A stretch of 64,000 nucleotides of DNA from the human T2T-CHM13v2.0 reference genome, Homo sapiens (GCF_009914755.1 NC_060940.1); one strand, 5' to 3'; shown: positions 1 through 17,396, numbered from the stretch's first letter. Notes: generated by a model not told the origin, from the sequence alone. Made by a program: numbers and translations.

Positions 1-1326
1 CTTTCATCCACATCTAAAGCAACATTTTCAAAAACTCCAAGTGGCAAATTAAAATTTAAAAAATAAAGTCAAAAGAAAATGTTCTCCAAGCCAGTGGATA
101 TCTGTAACAGCAGGTTTCACTTATAGTGAATATCACTTTACTGCTTTTAACAAACTTCAAAGAAAATGTTGTAAGGCCATTCATTCTACATGTCTGTTTC
201 ACATCAGTCACAATTATATTCCAGCTTCACTTCTCTCCCCTTGTTATACCTCATAAATCGTGTAACCAGAATGTATGTGTAGTATATGGATTACATTAGG
301 AATTGTCAGAAGTAGCCTGATAGTCAGCATCGGCAGTGGCCCTCCCACCCCTGGCAAATCCCTGGGAAGGTATGTTAATACCCGCACCCGCAGTCATTAG
401 AAGAACCGCAGCTCAGGGGAAGGGACCCATTTCCTTAACAGTCTCTCTAGAGAATTGAAATTGCCATTGCAACATTTAAACCATCGTGCCACAGCTCTCC
501 AACAGATATATTCATTGACCTGTTGAGTGGTCATACAAAAATAAAAACAAAAATCAGATTTGCAGTGGAAATGAAACCTCGTGTGTGGTACGCAGGGAAC
601 ATGCAGGTTTCCAGAGCTGGTTAGTTGAGCCCCCGAGATGCTGTTTTGGCAGTGCAGGGTAACATTCTGTTGTCCTAGAAATCCTCTCTACCAGTGCCTC
701 GCAAAGAAGGAAATGTCTCTGGATTTCCAAATTTCACTGCTGTCTGCTTTTTCATTCATGGCAAAGACTCCTGGATGACAGCAGCCACCCTTCTCATAAG
801 GAAATGACAGAGATGAGACGGCAACCTGGGGCCCCTCTAGCAATCATCTGGACAGGGCAGAGCGCTTTACCTCCCCTCAAACCCTCCCCGCTCCCTGCTT
901 TGATACTTTCTCCCCACACAGTAAAGATCCAAGGAAGTTGCCCATCAATGGCAAGCACATTTTTCCGTTTGAAAGATGCAGTAAAAAGAAGTTATATAGT
1001 CAAAGAATACAGATTCCTTGTTCTAAATGAAAGAGCTTAATAGATTTATATTTATCACTCCCGTTACATTTATAAGATCATTGAAATTCAAGACCTTCTC
1101 ATTTATCTGGCAACGGTTGAGAGCGAGCTGCTTCCCACATGTGGCTTTTTCTGATAACCCACACTTTATACCCTTTGAAGCACCAGCACTTGTTAAAATG
1201 GAATCTTTTTTTTTTTTTTGATAGAAAAAATTTTCAAAATGTCACACATGTTTCCCAGCCTTTTAAAACAGATTTTCGTGAAGCGTAATTTAGCATCCTC
1301 TGGCTTTCTAAGAATGCATGTGGAGG

Positions 1327-1520
1327 TGTGATGGTGAAAGAACTCTAGAATCAGACAGATGGGTTCATATGAAACTCTGACACTGCCATGTTGGTCATGA
1401 GACCTTGAGCAGTTTCAAATCTCTGGGTGCTGCCGTGTTCCCATCCATAGAGATGGATGAAACTCTGAGACATGCTGGGAGGCTGAGTGACCTGCTACAT
1501 ATTGCAAGTGTTTAATGTGA
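1327..1520 (+). mobile_element. MIR SINE (degenerate)
   Basis: ctctagaatcagacagatgggttc...gaccttgagcag resembles the MIR 5'/core. Confidence 0.55.
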
Positions 1521-1565
1521 TACTGGGGAAACATTAACCATTTAAAAAAAAAGAGGGTAAGGCCA

Positions 1566-1865
1566 GGCCAGGCATGGTGGCTCACGTCTATAATCTCAGT
1601 ATTTTGGGAGGCCGAGGTGGGAGAATCATTTGAGCCCAGAAGTTTGAGACCGGCCTAAGCAACATAGTGAGACTTCATTTGTACAAAAAAATTAAAAAAT
1701 CAGCCAGGCGTGGTGGTGCATGCCCATACTCCCAGCTACTCAGAAGACTAAAGTGAGAGGATCGTTTGAACCCAGGAAGTTGAGACTGCAGTGAGCTGTG
1801 ATTTTACCACTGCACTCCAGCCTGGGTGACAGAGTGAGACTCTATCCCTTAAAAGAAAGAGAGAA
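1566..1865 (+). mobile_element. AluJ
   Basis: Dimeric Alu with J-type tgagcccagaagtt and catagtgagac; A-rich tail. Confidence 0.93.
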
Positions 1866-1940
1866 AGAGTGTAGTAGAAAATAAATGTGTAATGAAATAA
1901 ATAAAATTAATAAGCAAAACCAACATGTTATAAATAATAA

Positions 1941-2377
<437 letters not shown>

Positions 2378-2611
2378 TAACTTTTGTTTTTACAATCCAC
2401 GGATCTCCCTTCTCCCTGGGTTCAGTGTCTACCTCTGGCCATAGCTCCTCTAGTATTTTCTTTCTAACATCCTGTGAGATGAGAAACCACATACGCCAGT
2501 TGGCTAGAAGCATTTTTCAGTAAGAGTAAGTGTGTTCTAAGGCATGGCTTTGGGTAATTTTTTTTTCCTGAGAGGAGGGGAAGTATGACTTTTAGTACAT
2601 GGTATTTGTCA

Positions 2612-2985
2612 AGATGGGCCAGGTTTTGCTGCAAGAAAAAAACCTCCAAAGTCTCAGGTGGCTTCACAGAGTAAAAGTTTATGTCTCATTTATTTTGTGT
2701 GTCCACTTGGGTTGCGGAAGGGCTCTATTTAGCATGGTTGCTCAGGTACACAGGCTGACAGAGCCTCCATCTCAATCCATGCTTCCACAGTCCCCACAGC
2801 AGGGGAAGGGAACTTGGTAAATTGCCTAGGAGGTCTTAAAACTTCTGCAGGAAATCACATATGTCTTCATGCTGACATTTCATTGGCTACCACAAATGAC
2901 ATGACCACACTTCTAGAGGGCAGATAGGTACAATTCTATCATGGGCTGGCAATGGGGGTTGGGGAGAACTGGGTAATCTCACATA
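2612..2985 (-). mobile_element. MLT1K/L-like MaLR solo LTR
   Basis: ctcaggtggcttcacagagtaaaagtttat...caggctgacagagc...acatttcattggc; related to the copies at 10515 and 29587. Confidence 0.7.
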
Positions 2986-3007
2986 TGGCTCTGGTTTATA
3001 TATTTTA

Positions 3008-3230
3008 GCTAATAATAATCCCAGTTTATATTTACTGAGTGCTTTTATTCCATGCCATCTACTGCACTAGGTGCTTTTCAGGCACAGGTACTTTCCCTGT
3101 TTTTATATATGAGAAAATTAACATGCAAACAAGTTAAGGCACTTGTCCATAGTCATACACAGAGTAATAACATGGGTAAACTGATACTCAAACTGGGTCT
3201 GTCTGACACCAAAGCACATGTTCTTAACCA
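3008..3230 (-). mobile_element. MIR
   Basis: tttactgagtgc...atgagaaa...acttgtccatagtcatacacag...gttcttaacca. Confidence 0.75.
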
Positions 3231-3399
3231 ATGTTTTCTGAATCTCAAATATGTTCTAGACCACTGAGGTTGATAAATAACCTTGAAATAAGTGACTCAT
3301 GTTATTGTTGTGTTTGTGAAATTTATCCATGGAAGGATGGTCAAAATTTCCTTTGTTCATGTTCTTTTCTTCATTGCCTTTCCCCTAGTGGGATGGCTT

Positions 3400-3880
3400 T
3401 CAATTTAACAAGTATACTCTGAGCACTGACTATGTACTTATCTGTGAAACATGCCAGGAGTGATTCCTGGGCAGGATATAATCAACGCCACAGTTCTTGA
3501 TTTCTGAGAGTCTATAATCTTTCAAAGAAATGATACCGAATAAAAGTAAATACTTTAAGATGAAATGTAAAATATAAGGTAGTTTGTAAGAGAGTTAAAC
3601 AGAATAGTACGATGCATTGTGTGCTACACACAACTCTACTTGCTGTTGTCAATGTCAGGGAATAGAAAGAAGGGCTTGAAAAACGAAGAGAATTTAGACA
3701 ACAAAGGTGTGCATCCTAAAATAAGCAGAGGGCGTATGAAAAATGAGGAGACTGGCTTGACGAGGGCGAAAACTGTGTGTTGGGAGGAAGGGAGGGAACT
3801 AAGCTGGCTGGAAAACATAGAGCCAGGTTACAAAGAAACTTGAATACCGGTGGAAGGCTTGGCCATGTCCCCTGCCTTGT
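3400..3880 (-). mobile_element. L2 LINE remnant
   Basis: caatttaacaagtatactctgagcactgactatgt resembles the reverse L2 3' end; purine-rich L2-like body follows. Confidence 0.4.
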
Positions 3881-4139
3881 CCCCTAGGCAGAGAGAAAGG
3901 GGATACAAGGCATATGATATTTCTCTTTTCCTATAATGTTTTAAACATTTTAAATTTTTCAAATAAAGTTGAAGTTTACTTTGCCTCCTCATCCATTCCT
4001 GGTCACAGTCACCTCTCCTCTCTCCTAAGAGGAAATTACCATCATGATTTGGTGGGTAATATTCCTGTTCACATTTTAATATTTTCCCCCACAGGTATGC
4101 AAGTTATGAATTCTACTTCCATCCTTTTACCCCTAAATC

Positions 4140-5560
<1,421 letters not shown>

Positions 5561-6132
5561 ATTCATTTCTTTTGAGTGATGCCTGTTACTCTCATGGCCC
5601 TGAAAAACTACAAGCTTCCCTGCTATTCCCCTAGGCTAGTGGGTGGTTTCTTTAGTTCCCAATTCAGAGGACATTAGTCAGCTCTTCAGAAATCCTGGCT
5701 TTATGCAGGTAGCCTGGCCCCTCCTCCTGATTCTCTGGGGCTCAGGCCTATAGGATCCTGTTCACCGGGCCTCTAAAGTTTCAGCTGTTAAGGTCTCACT
5801 CCTATCCTGGTTCACATGTAAGTATTTGTATTTTACCTCCCTCTGATCACTCTAACTTTGGGCATCCTCTTTGCATCTGGCACTTGAGGCTTTTCCTTTC
5901 TTGGTTTTCAGTTTGAGACTGTATTAAAAATGGTGGAGAGGGTATTTTTACCAAAATTTATATATGTGTGAAGTGGGAGGGTTGGTTGGTTTGTTTTAAT
6001 CAGCTCAGATTAGCACTGTTGAACTGCAGCTATGGAAAAAATACTTTAAATGAAAAACTACACAGGACTTGGCAATTAATCACACACAACTTACTTAGTT
6101 TGCATTCCCCCTCCCCATCCTCTTGCTGTCTA

Positions 6133-6549
<417 letters not shown>

Positions 6550-6712
6550 CTAGAAACTGGAACATAATTACCCTGGAGAAACCCTGGGTGTTCAGTTATC
6601 CTACTCAAGGGGTGAGGAAGCTATTATATTGATATTAACTACTGTATGTCACTGGTGGAAGGTGCTTCCAGTGGGTAACCCACCAACATTTCCAACCTGT
6701 CATGTAGATGGG

Positions 6713-7240
6713 TTTAGTTATATACCAATGTGTAACATACTATCCCAAAATTTAGTGGCTTAATATGACAATAAATATTTATTATTTCATACAGTTTGCA
6801 AGGGTGAAGAAATTTGGAATAGCTTAGCTGGTGAGTTCTGGCTTGAGGTTCCTCATGAGGTTGCATTTAAGAAATGGGCAGGGATTTAGTAATCTGAAGG
6901 TTTGACTGAGGCTGGAGGACCTGCTTCTAGGGTGGTTCACTTGCACAGCTGGCTGGTCAGTGCTGGCTGTTGGTTGGAGGCCTCAGTTCCTCACCATATC
7001 AACTTCTCCATTTGACTGCTTGAGTGTCCCCACAACAAGGCATATGCTGACCCCAAAATGAGTGATCCAAGAGAGACCATGAGACCACAGGGCCTTTTAT
7101 GGCCTAGTCTTGAAAGTCACACTGTCATTTCCACCACATTCTATTTGATAGAAGCGAGTCAAGTCATAAAGTTTGGCCCACGTTCAAGAAAAGGGGAGGG
7201 AGGAGTATTAAAAAATGTGTGAATCTATTTTTAAGCCATC
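6713..7240 (-). mobile_element. MLT1F/G MaLR solo LTR
   Basis: cccaaaatttagtggctt...tctgaaggtttgactgaggctggagg...gagtgatccaagagag. Confidence 0.8.
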
Positions 7241-7544
7241 AGAGCAGACAAATCAGGCTTTGGCAATCAGAGTGAGTTCTCAGGCAAAGAAACACAGGTA
7301 CATTTGGAATTCAGGTAGGCTAAAGTAGCAAGGAGGAGGGAGGATGGGTGGGGCACCAAGAGTGTCCTCTCCAGGAATAAATAAAGATAAGTCCAACCCA
7401 CTTTTAAGGTGTAGGGAAATAGACTTGATCGTTTCATGGGAGGAGCTGCAAAGTGACACGCTAAAGGACATCAGGATATGAGTGAAGATCTGGGCCATCT
7501 TCAGAATCAATGTACTGCAACCACTAAGAAAGAAAAAAACTTCC

Positions 7545-7965
<421 letters not shown>

Positions 7966-8069
7966 AGTTGTACAAAGAATTTCAGAATTATATATATACG
8001 GTAGCTGCAGAAACAAACACCTCTAACTTTTGTTTTCCATCTTACATAGATTTCATTAAGAATTAAGCA

Positions 8070-8260
8070 TAGACAGTAGGATGATGATGGTATGGAGATT
8101 TAGATTTTAGCCCTTACCAGGCCATATCCTAGAAGTTGAATAAGTCATTTAATCTCTCTGGGTCTCAATTTTCACATCTGCAAAATGGAGATAAGGTACC
8201 GCCTTGACTTTCCCACAGATCAATAAAAAACAAATGCAAAATAGCTTTAAAAATTAAGAT
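8070..8260 (+). mobile_element. MIR
   Basis: aagtcatttaatctctctgggtctcaattttcacatctgcaaaatggagataa core. Confidence 0.7.
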
Positions 8261-8407
8261 GTCATTGAGATATAAGGTGCCATCAGTGTGCAGAAGCAGC
8301 TATAAAACTCACAGATAGTGTGAAAGAAAATGAACGTTTTTGTTCCCTCGGAAGCTCAAGAAAGACAAAATTCCTGATTCCTTATGGTGCTAATCATACT
8401 GGACTGA

Positions 8408-8890
<483 letters not shown>

Positions 8891-9680
8891 TAAACCCGGG
8901 CATAGGAGAACCATAAGCCTCATTGGCTGAGCTAGCAAATCTAGGTATTGTTCACACATGGCCGTTTCCTAGTGGTGTCTGCCCGAGCCCAAATAGAGAC
9001 AGAACTTGCGGCTTTCAGTCAGAAAAACCCAGCTGCCACTTGGGCTGCTGAAAGCTCCCAGTATAAAGAAATGACACACACCTGAGCAGGTCTGATATAT
9101 ATTCCTTTCTGCAGAGGGCAGTGGAATACATTCCTGGGCCATTCATCATGTTGCTAAAATTAGATCCTGCTTAGAAGGAATGATATATTACTGATTACAT
9201 AATAAAGATAGCTATATTTCTCATGAGAAACAGAAGGGAGAGATATATTTAGGCATAGGGCAAATATATCCTTGATATGAAAAATGGATTCATTAAGTAT
9301 TTAATCTTTATACCATTCCTGTGAAATAAATGCACACATACATCACACATGTTTTAAAGTGACTTGATAATTAATATTGTTACACTTGAGAAAAATCCTG
9401 GCTCTCCATGGAGAAGTCATGTCATGAGTCAGAAGAGTGCAGGCTGAGGCATGCCCTCCACTGAATGGCTTGTCTGCACTCTGAAAGCCAAGTGAACCAA
9501 CCATTCCATCCGTATGAAGAGCGTAAGTCCTAGATTTGCGTCGTGATGTCATCTCAGGTGGGTGAGGCCCAGAGGGAGTCACTGTGGCTTTTCTGAAGTA
9601 GTACATTTCAAAGAGTCCATGGTGATGACGGCTGAAAATATCCTATCTACAAGAGACAGCTTTCATTCTCCTTTGTCTGT

Positions 9681-9705
9681 AAAAAAAAAAAAAAAAAAAA
9701 AAAAA
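9681..9705 (+). repeat. Poly-A run (25 nt) with no attached SINE
   Basis: Direct observation. Confidence 0.9.
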
Positions 9706-10099
9706 GCAAACAGAAAAAAGAAAACATCAGTTGCCTTACATCTCATTCTAGTTCTCTGCAACATCCTTACCATACAGGAAAAATCTCACATTTTAAAAAA
9801 CTTGTAGCCATGGTGGAGGCATTTCCAGATATCCTGTGATGATATTCCCACTTAAAACAAACATGAGGGTGTTTGGTTGAAGTTTAAACAAACACACAGA
9901 TTTGTAGCACCTCATGTGTCAAAGGTCAGCAAAAACAAATATGGGTGAAACGAAAGAGCGAAATAATTCTAAGAACAATAGCTATGAAGAGTAGATTGAT
10001 CTAACTCAAATTTATCCTAAAAGGATTACAGTTAGGAGGAAAATGCTAACAAGTTATAAAAGATTAAAAGCTCATTACTTGTATGTTTATGTTACAGGA

Positions 10100-10320
10100 A
10101 AATAGCATAGGCTCTGAAGTTAGATGGGCTTGAGTTCTAGTCCTGGATCTGACATATACTAAATTTGTGAGTTTTAAGCAAGTAATTTAACCTCTTGTGA
10201 GCTCTTTTCCTCAACTGTAATATAAAAATCAAATTGCTCTGACCATACTGTCCTAAATGTTGATGGCGTGTATGGTATCTAGCACAGTGCCCGATATAGA
10301 GCAAGAAGTCAACAAACATC
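10100..10320 (+). mobile_element. MIR
   Basis: aggctctgaagttagatgggcttgagttctagtcctgg...tagcacagtgcc. Confidence 0.75.
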
Positions 10321-10514
10321 TGCTGCCTTCCATTCTCCATCCCCTGGAGTCCATCCACTTAGATGAGTCTAGGAAGGTAGTGGCAGAAACCTTTTCCAGC
10401 ACTCAGTGATATCATCATCGTCATCATTATCATCACAATGCTTCTCTCTACCGGGCTGTCAGTTAAAATTCTAGAGTGAACAGGAACACATTCATGGACA
10501 AAGTCCTCAAAGTA

Positions 10515-10890
10515 GTCAGAGTAGGCTAGGCTCTGCTGCCATAGAAACAACCTCCAATGCTCAGTGGCTTAATACAATAAAGGTTTACGTCTCTTTCATG
10601 CTACATGTCCATTGCGAGTTAGCAGGTACCTGTGCTCACTTTAGTCACTCAGGGACCCAAGGTTCTGCCCTCTTTTGATGCCACCATCTCAACATGAGGT
10701 TTACACTGGACTGTGGGAAGAAAAGAGCATCAAAATAGAGCAGTGGCTTTTCATTGCTTCCATGAGGAAGTGCTATATGACACTTCTGCTTACATTTCAA
10801 AGGGTCAGAGATGTCAATCCACCCAGGTCCCTAGAGAAGAGGCGACTCAGAGAATTGAGGCTCCTGTGGAGTAGCAAAATGATGACTAGA
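10515..10890 (-). mobile_element. MLT1K/L-like MaLR solo LTR
   Basis: taggctaggctctgctgc...ctcagtggcttaatacaataaaggttta...gtcactcagggaccca. Confidence 0.75.
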
Positions 10891-11962
10891 ATGCACCAGT
10901 ACACCCAAGTCCAGGGAGGCTTCCAGTAACCCCAACTGCAGGTGCTGTAACCCTGACTCCCCGGCTTCCCTTCCTGGGAGGATGCTGCTTTGCATGTGAC
11001 CCACCAATCTCAGCCAGGATCTAATCCAGGCCCATTCTCTCCCCTGGTTCAGGCTTGTGAGTGGCTTTCTGAAGTTTTGATTATTAACCTTTCTAAATAA
11101 TTCCTATACTCTTCTCAAGTCACATCTAAGTTGTCAAACTTGCAGATGCTTCATGGCAACATGATTGTTATTTTGTCACCAGATGCACCTTACTGTCACC
11201 TCAGATCAAATTAGACTCCCTATGTAGCTGATGTTGTTACAATTTTTGCTTCTTTCCCAGAAATAATCAGTATCTCCCTTATTTGCCAGTGGTTGACTGA
11301 TTGCTTTATTGGCCCTTATTTTTCACCCCTCCCTTGTATTCAGGACCCTTGACATGCATTTTGCATGACCTCTTGCTAAAGAGGTGGAGTTTATTTCTCT
11401 ATGAATAAGAAAAGTGGCTAAAAGCTTTATGGAAGGGCCCATGTTCAAGGAGATTGACCTGTCAGGGGGTTTGACAGCAGTAGGAGTTTCCAGGGTGGGA
11501 AGACTCAAGAAGGAGACTCCACTGTGATCCTGTGTGGTTCAATCTGATGGAAGTGGGACCCCAGCTGGTGGTTCTGGATATGAGGAACAAGGTCTTGATT
11601 CTGCAAAGAAGAGGTTACAGTAGCTAAGTCAGAGTGGCCAGGCACTGAACAAGCAGGCTGAGATTTGGTCCGAGGGTCCAGGAGGGCATCCAAAAAACAA
11701 ACAGAAAATCTAGACAGGAGACCAGCAATCCTGTGGGGCCTGAGAAGACGGTGCCCTGCTGGCACTGCCAGGCTCATCAGACACCATATTGAAATAGGAA
11801 GTCTCATTCCAAAAACCACCGACAGTGGGAAGGGGGATCCTGAGCTTTTTCTAAGTTCAGAGCTGGATGAGAGTCAGGTCCTCTAACTTGGAGGGCCACG
11901 GAAAGCATGCACCCCTCCCCCAACAAGATTCTGACTCAATTGGCCCTGGTTAGTAGAATGTA

Positions 11963-12040
11963 TTAGGTTGCCACAAAGGTAATTGTGGTTTTGCCATTAC
12001 TTTTAATGGCAAAAACTGCAATGACATTGCTCCACCCTAT
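11963..12040. mobile_element. MADE1 (Hsmar1-derived MITE), diverged
   Basis: ttaggttgccacaaaggtaattgtggttttgccattacttttaatggcaaaaactgcaatgacattgctccaccctat; palindromic, TA-flanked. Confidence 0.9.
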
Positions 12041-12298
12041 ATTATTATTATTAACAATATGCTGCCTGTGTTGAAAAGCACTTAACCAGTTGGCTGGACC
12101 CCAAGCCTTCCTCCTGGTACAGGCCTCAACACTGATCTTTCTAAACCACAGTTTAATTAGGCACCCTAATTGCCATTTCTAAAGAAAAAAAATTAATGAT
12201 GAAAATAACTGTTTTAATCTGCGGATTAACGCGCACAGTCATTGAAAATCTATAAATTGACCAACAGAAGCCCTTGCCACGACACTTGCTGTATGTCC

Positions 12299-12583
12299 TT
12301 TTTTTAAGACAAGGTCTTGCTGTGTTGCCCAGGCTGGGGTGCAGTGGTGCCATCACAACTCACTGCAGCCTCGACCTCCCAGGCTAAAGTGATCCTCCCA
12401 CCTCAGCCTCCAGAATCTTGAAACTACAGGCATGTGACACCACACTTGGCTATTTTTTGTTTATTATTTGTAGGGTCTCCTTGTATTGCCTAGGCTTGTC
12501 TTGAACTCCTGGGCTCAAGCTATCCTCCCTCCTACAGCCTCTCAAAATGCTAGGATTACAGGCCTGCGCCACCGCGCCCAGCC
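12299..12583 (-). mobile_element. AluJ
   Basis: cactgcagcctcgacctcccaggct; ctcctgggctcaagc. Confidence 0.92.
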
Positions 12584-12654
12584 CTCTAGCCATGTTTTAC
12601 ATGTCCCCCACAGTCAAGAGCTGATGCCTTGCAAAGACAGGGAGTACATTGTAA

Positions 12655-13008
<354 letters not shown>

Positions 13009-13062
13009 TAAAATGTTCATTTTAAAGAAGAATATAGCAACTTAAAAATGACAAAATATTAG

Positions 13063-13491
<429 letters not shown>

Positions 13492-14254
13492 TCAGGGCAG
13501 GCTTTGCAGAGACAGTGCCTGTTGATTTCAGGACTAGATGAAAAGCAGGAACCAGCCTGGTGACCAACTGGGGAAAAGGTTCGCAGGTAAAGGGACCCAG
13601 CATTCCGCAGAGAACTCATGCTCAATGATCAGTGAAGAAAGTAGTTTGGCGACTTCAGGTGATGCTCACAGCAGTTCATTATAGCTGTGAAGCACCCCAG
13701 CCACCTGAAGAGAAGGAAGTAAATAACACACACACACACACAAAATGAAGAACAGGAGTTAAATTTATTTTTAAAGCACCACGAATAAGCATAGCCGGCA
13801 TTACAGACAGTATTCTGGGGACAATATTATGTTCTCTCGCATAACGTTTCTAAAGAACAGAGAGGCGCATGGCCCCAGTCAGTTTTCCCTGTGAGTGATA
13901 CAAAATAATCTTTTATTAATATTATTTTCGATTTGTTACCATTGTACGTAATCTCAGAAGACCAAGCAGAGAACACATTATATAAATCAAAGGAATAAAT
14001 GAATATGAAAGAAAAGACAATTATAAGCCCGAGTAAAAATTTCTGCCCATTCTGTTACACTATAAAGCATTTTGTAAATCTAAATATCATACATGAATGT
14101 TGAATAAATATATAAATATGATCTTCCTCTGGGTTTTTAAAAATAAGAATCTCAGTAGGCAAAGAGTTATCATTTCATATTTAAAAGTTCTCTCAGGCCT
14201 GTGTTTTCCAGCCTCAACAGTTACCGCAGGGAAGCCCGTATCTAGTAGAGACAA

Positions 14255-14460
14255 TGAGGGTGGCAGTTGAGAGCTCTGGGTTTTGGACTGGAGGCAGATG
14301 GAACTAGGTTGAGTCCGTACCTTGCCATTTGGTTGTGTGACCTTGGACAAGGTACATAATCTATCCAAGCCCTCGTTTTGAAATGTCTAAAATGGGGTGG
14401 TTCTTCCCATTTCAAATTGTTGTTGTTGGAACAAAATAAGAATTAGTTAGAGTGTGGAAC
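14255..14460 (+). mobile_element. MIR
   Basis: ggttgtgtgaccttggacaagg...taaaatggg core. Confidence 0.75.
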
Positions 14461-14681
14461 GGCGGCTGTGACATCCCTGTGGTTATCATGACCAACATTA
14501 TTTCATCAGAGGGCATGGGTGTGTTTGAGGGCCTCATACTGGTACACTTGGAGATGCACAAAACAGCCATGGGACAGAATAAGGCTGTGGCATGGTGGTT
14601 GCTTCAGATGGGAAGACTTGGAATGGACAGCAACTCTTCTACAGCCTTACCAATCAATCCTGGCGGCAACTAAGAATTAAA

Positions 14682-14967
14682 GGCCTGGCACGGTGGCTCA
14701 CGCCTGTAACCCCAGCACTTTGGGAGGCTGAGGCAAGCAAATACTTTGAGCTCAGGAGCTCAAGACCAGCCTGGGCAACATGGTGAAACCCTCTCTCTAC
14801 CAAAAATACAAAAAATTAGCCAGGTGTCGTGGTGCGTGCCTGAGTCCCTACTACTCGGGATTGCTTGGGCCTGGGAGGTGGAGGCTGCAGTGAGCCAAGA
14901 TTGAGCCACTGCACTCCAGCCTGATCGACAGAGAGAGACCCTGTCTCAAAAAAAAAAAAAAAAAAAA
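14682..14967 (+). mobile_element. AluJb-like
   Basis: gagctcaggag, cctgggcaacatgg, gaggctgcagtg; small deletion in the right arm. Confidence 0.92.
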
Positions 14968-15894
14968 GAATTCAGGAAGTTGGAGATCAGTCTGTTGCCC
15001 ATTGGTTGTTGTTGCATTTCACCTAGTGAGTTTGGCTTTCAACTCTTTATTAAGGAATTTGACGATAATCTTAAAAAATTGTTTCTGGAGAGAATTCTTC
15101 CTGAAACAAATTGTCACCTGGAAACTCATAAAGGATAAATACCAAGCCAGACAAATAGGAAACAAACTATATAATAATTATTCACTTGTAAGAACTGCAG
15201 AGATTAATGTTATTCATGATGGAGAAAGATATTCTGCTTTAGGTATATTTTGTATCCCACTAGCCGGGGTAATCAACATATTCTCCCCCCTTCCATTCAA
15301 AACAAAGTTTGATTAATGCATTAATTAGATATAGTAGGATTTATTCTAGGTTAACAGCTTGGAATATAAGTTAAGAGAGATGAAGAGGAATCCATAATCA
15401 GCAATCATCCCTCAATAACTCATCTGCTGTTGAGATTATATCTTCTAGGTGCCACTGCTATCTGTTCTGAGGTTCACTCTGTTCAGCAGCCTTGGACTCT
15501 TCATGGAGTAACAGATAGGTATAACTACAGCCTTGAGCCTCACTTGAACCACCACAGCCTCTTCTGAACAGCCAGCAGTCCTTGAAGTCTCAGAGTCTTT
15601 TAACCAAAGGGTGTGGATGTTTCCTTATTGATATCATCAAAGATCTAGTGTATCAAGATGACAAACTTTGCTCCCTGTTGGGCCAAAAAGAGACATAAAA
15701 TTTAAAACAACAACAACAAAACAAAACAAACAAAACAACAACGATAAAAAACAGCCCTCTTCTTTTAGCAACTGCAGTTGAGTACAAAATTACCTTATAA
15801 ATCACAAATTTTTGAGGGTCTAGCATGTACACACACACACTCACTAATGAAAATAGGCAGATTCCATAGAACAAACAGCTGCTTTGGAAAAAAA

Positions 15895-16130
15895 AAATGA
15901 ATCCAGAGTGACAACCCGGGTTTGAGCCCCAGGTCAATTACTGAGTAGCTAAGAGACCTTGGGCATGGTCATTTCACTTCTCAGAATGTGTTTACTCATC
16001 TATAAAATGGGAATGATAATATTTACTTCAGGCTCCTCACAACATTGTGGTGAAAATTAAAACAGATAGTCCATGTAGAAGTATTATAAAAACTGTAAGA
16101 GGCACTGCTGTGTACGTGGTATTGTTATTA
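15895..16130 (+). mobile_element. MIR
   Basis: gggtttgagccc...gaccttgggcatgg...ctcatctataaaatgggaatgataata. Confidence 0.8.
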
Positions 16131-16511
16131 CCAATTTCTAAGAATTGTTGAACACCTTATCCTTAGACCATATCAGCAAGCTGACACCTGACAAATGAGA
16201 ACTCATTACTGTGTCATATCCCATTGTCTCTTGCTGTTTTCATCCTCAGCAGATAGGGTGGGCCTATGTTGCTCTGGAGCATACATCCTTGGTAGAGGGC
16301 ATTTCTCTAAAAGTGGAAAGGATTTCTAGCCTTCTTCTCATCTCACCATTTCCACATATCCATATGCCAAACAAATGTCATTCAAAATTCCTAAAGCAAG
16401 AAAAGAGAAATATAGGAAGCAGATAGGCACATCTGTTTTAGGTTTCCTCACTTTTGTTAAGATTCTCTATAGATCCAAATGGCCTCTGCCTCAACTCCTG
16501 AAATCTCTGCA

Positions 16512-16765
16512 TAACAATAATATTTACCATTTGTTGAGTACTTCTGTAGTTGGTCACGAGATAAGCTCTTGATGTTGAATATTTTCTTTAATCCTCACAA
16601 CAAACATATGAAATAATATTACTGCTCTGGATTTAATGACTGGGAAATTGAGACTTGGAGAGGTTAAACAACTTTTCTTAGGTTGCAAAGCTAGCTAGTA
16701 AGTGGCAGGGATGGGAATAGGTCCTAGGTCTGCCTAGCTCCATAAAACATGGTCTGACCACTACA
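16512..16765 (-). mobile_element. MIR
   Basis: ttaatcctcacaacaa...gaaattgagacttggagaggttaa...ctgaccactac. Confidence 0.8.
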
Positions 16766-17350
16766 CGATCAAGTTTTTCCTGAAAAAATTCTCTGCTGTT
16801 ACTATTAGTTTTGTCTGAAATCTGCCCTTGAGCCAAGTTGCTATATAGCACTAAGAATTATTTTTGCCTCAATCTGTCAGATGGTTCATTTTTCCATCCA
16901 ACAAATATTTATTGAATCTACTCTCTGCCAGGTACTGCACCAGGGAAGAGGTGGTCATCAACTGTGAAGGAATCCAGACCTTTAATCCTGTAGAGCTTCC
17001 AAGTAAGGATAATGGGTCAACTACAACCTTCTTCCTAGGATATGTCGACGTGCACGGCATTAGGAAAATCTGCTCTTTAAATTAAAATACAAACTCATGA
17101 GGATTTTCTTTATCATTTACCAAAAATATATGCCTTAGAGATTCTTTAATTTCATTCATTCTGTCAGTGAAATGATAAATGTTTGTTAGGTGCCTATTAG
17201 GAGTCAGACACCATACTAGCCAATCTAAAAGATAAAATTGCATTTATAAAACCTTTGATAATCACAGTTATTCCAGATATACTAGGGAACACCTAATGTT
17301 AATACCTGTTAATTCTCAGTTATCTATTTTGATGGAGAAAGAAAATAATT

Positions 17351-17353
<3 letters not shown>

Positions 17354-17396
<43 letters not shown>
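17354..17396. repeat. (AT)21 microsatellite followed by a CA/TG alternating tract to about 17428
   Basis: Direct observation. Confidence 0.97.

Noticed and set aside
880-925. Strong-looking splice acceptor (ctttctccccacacag)
   Set aside because: No convincing downstream donor or reading frame found
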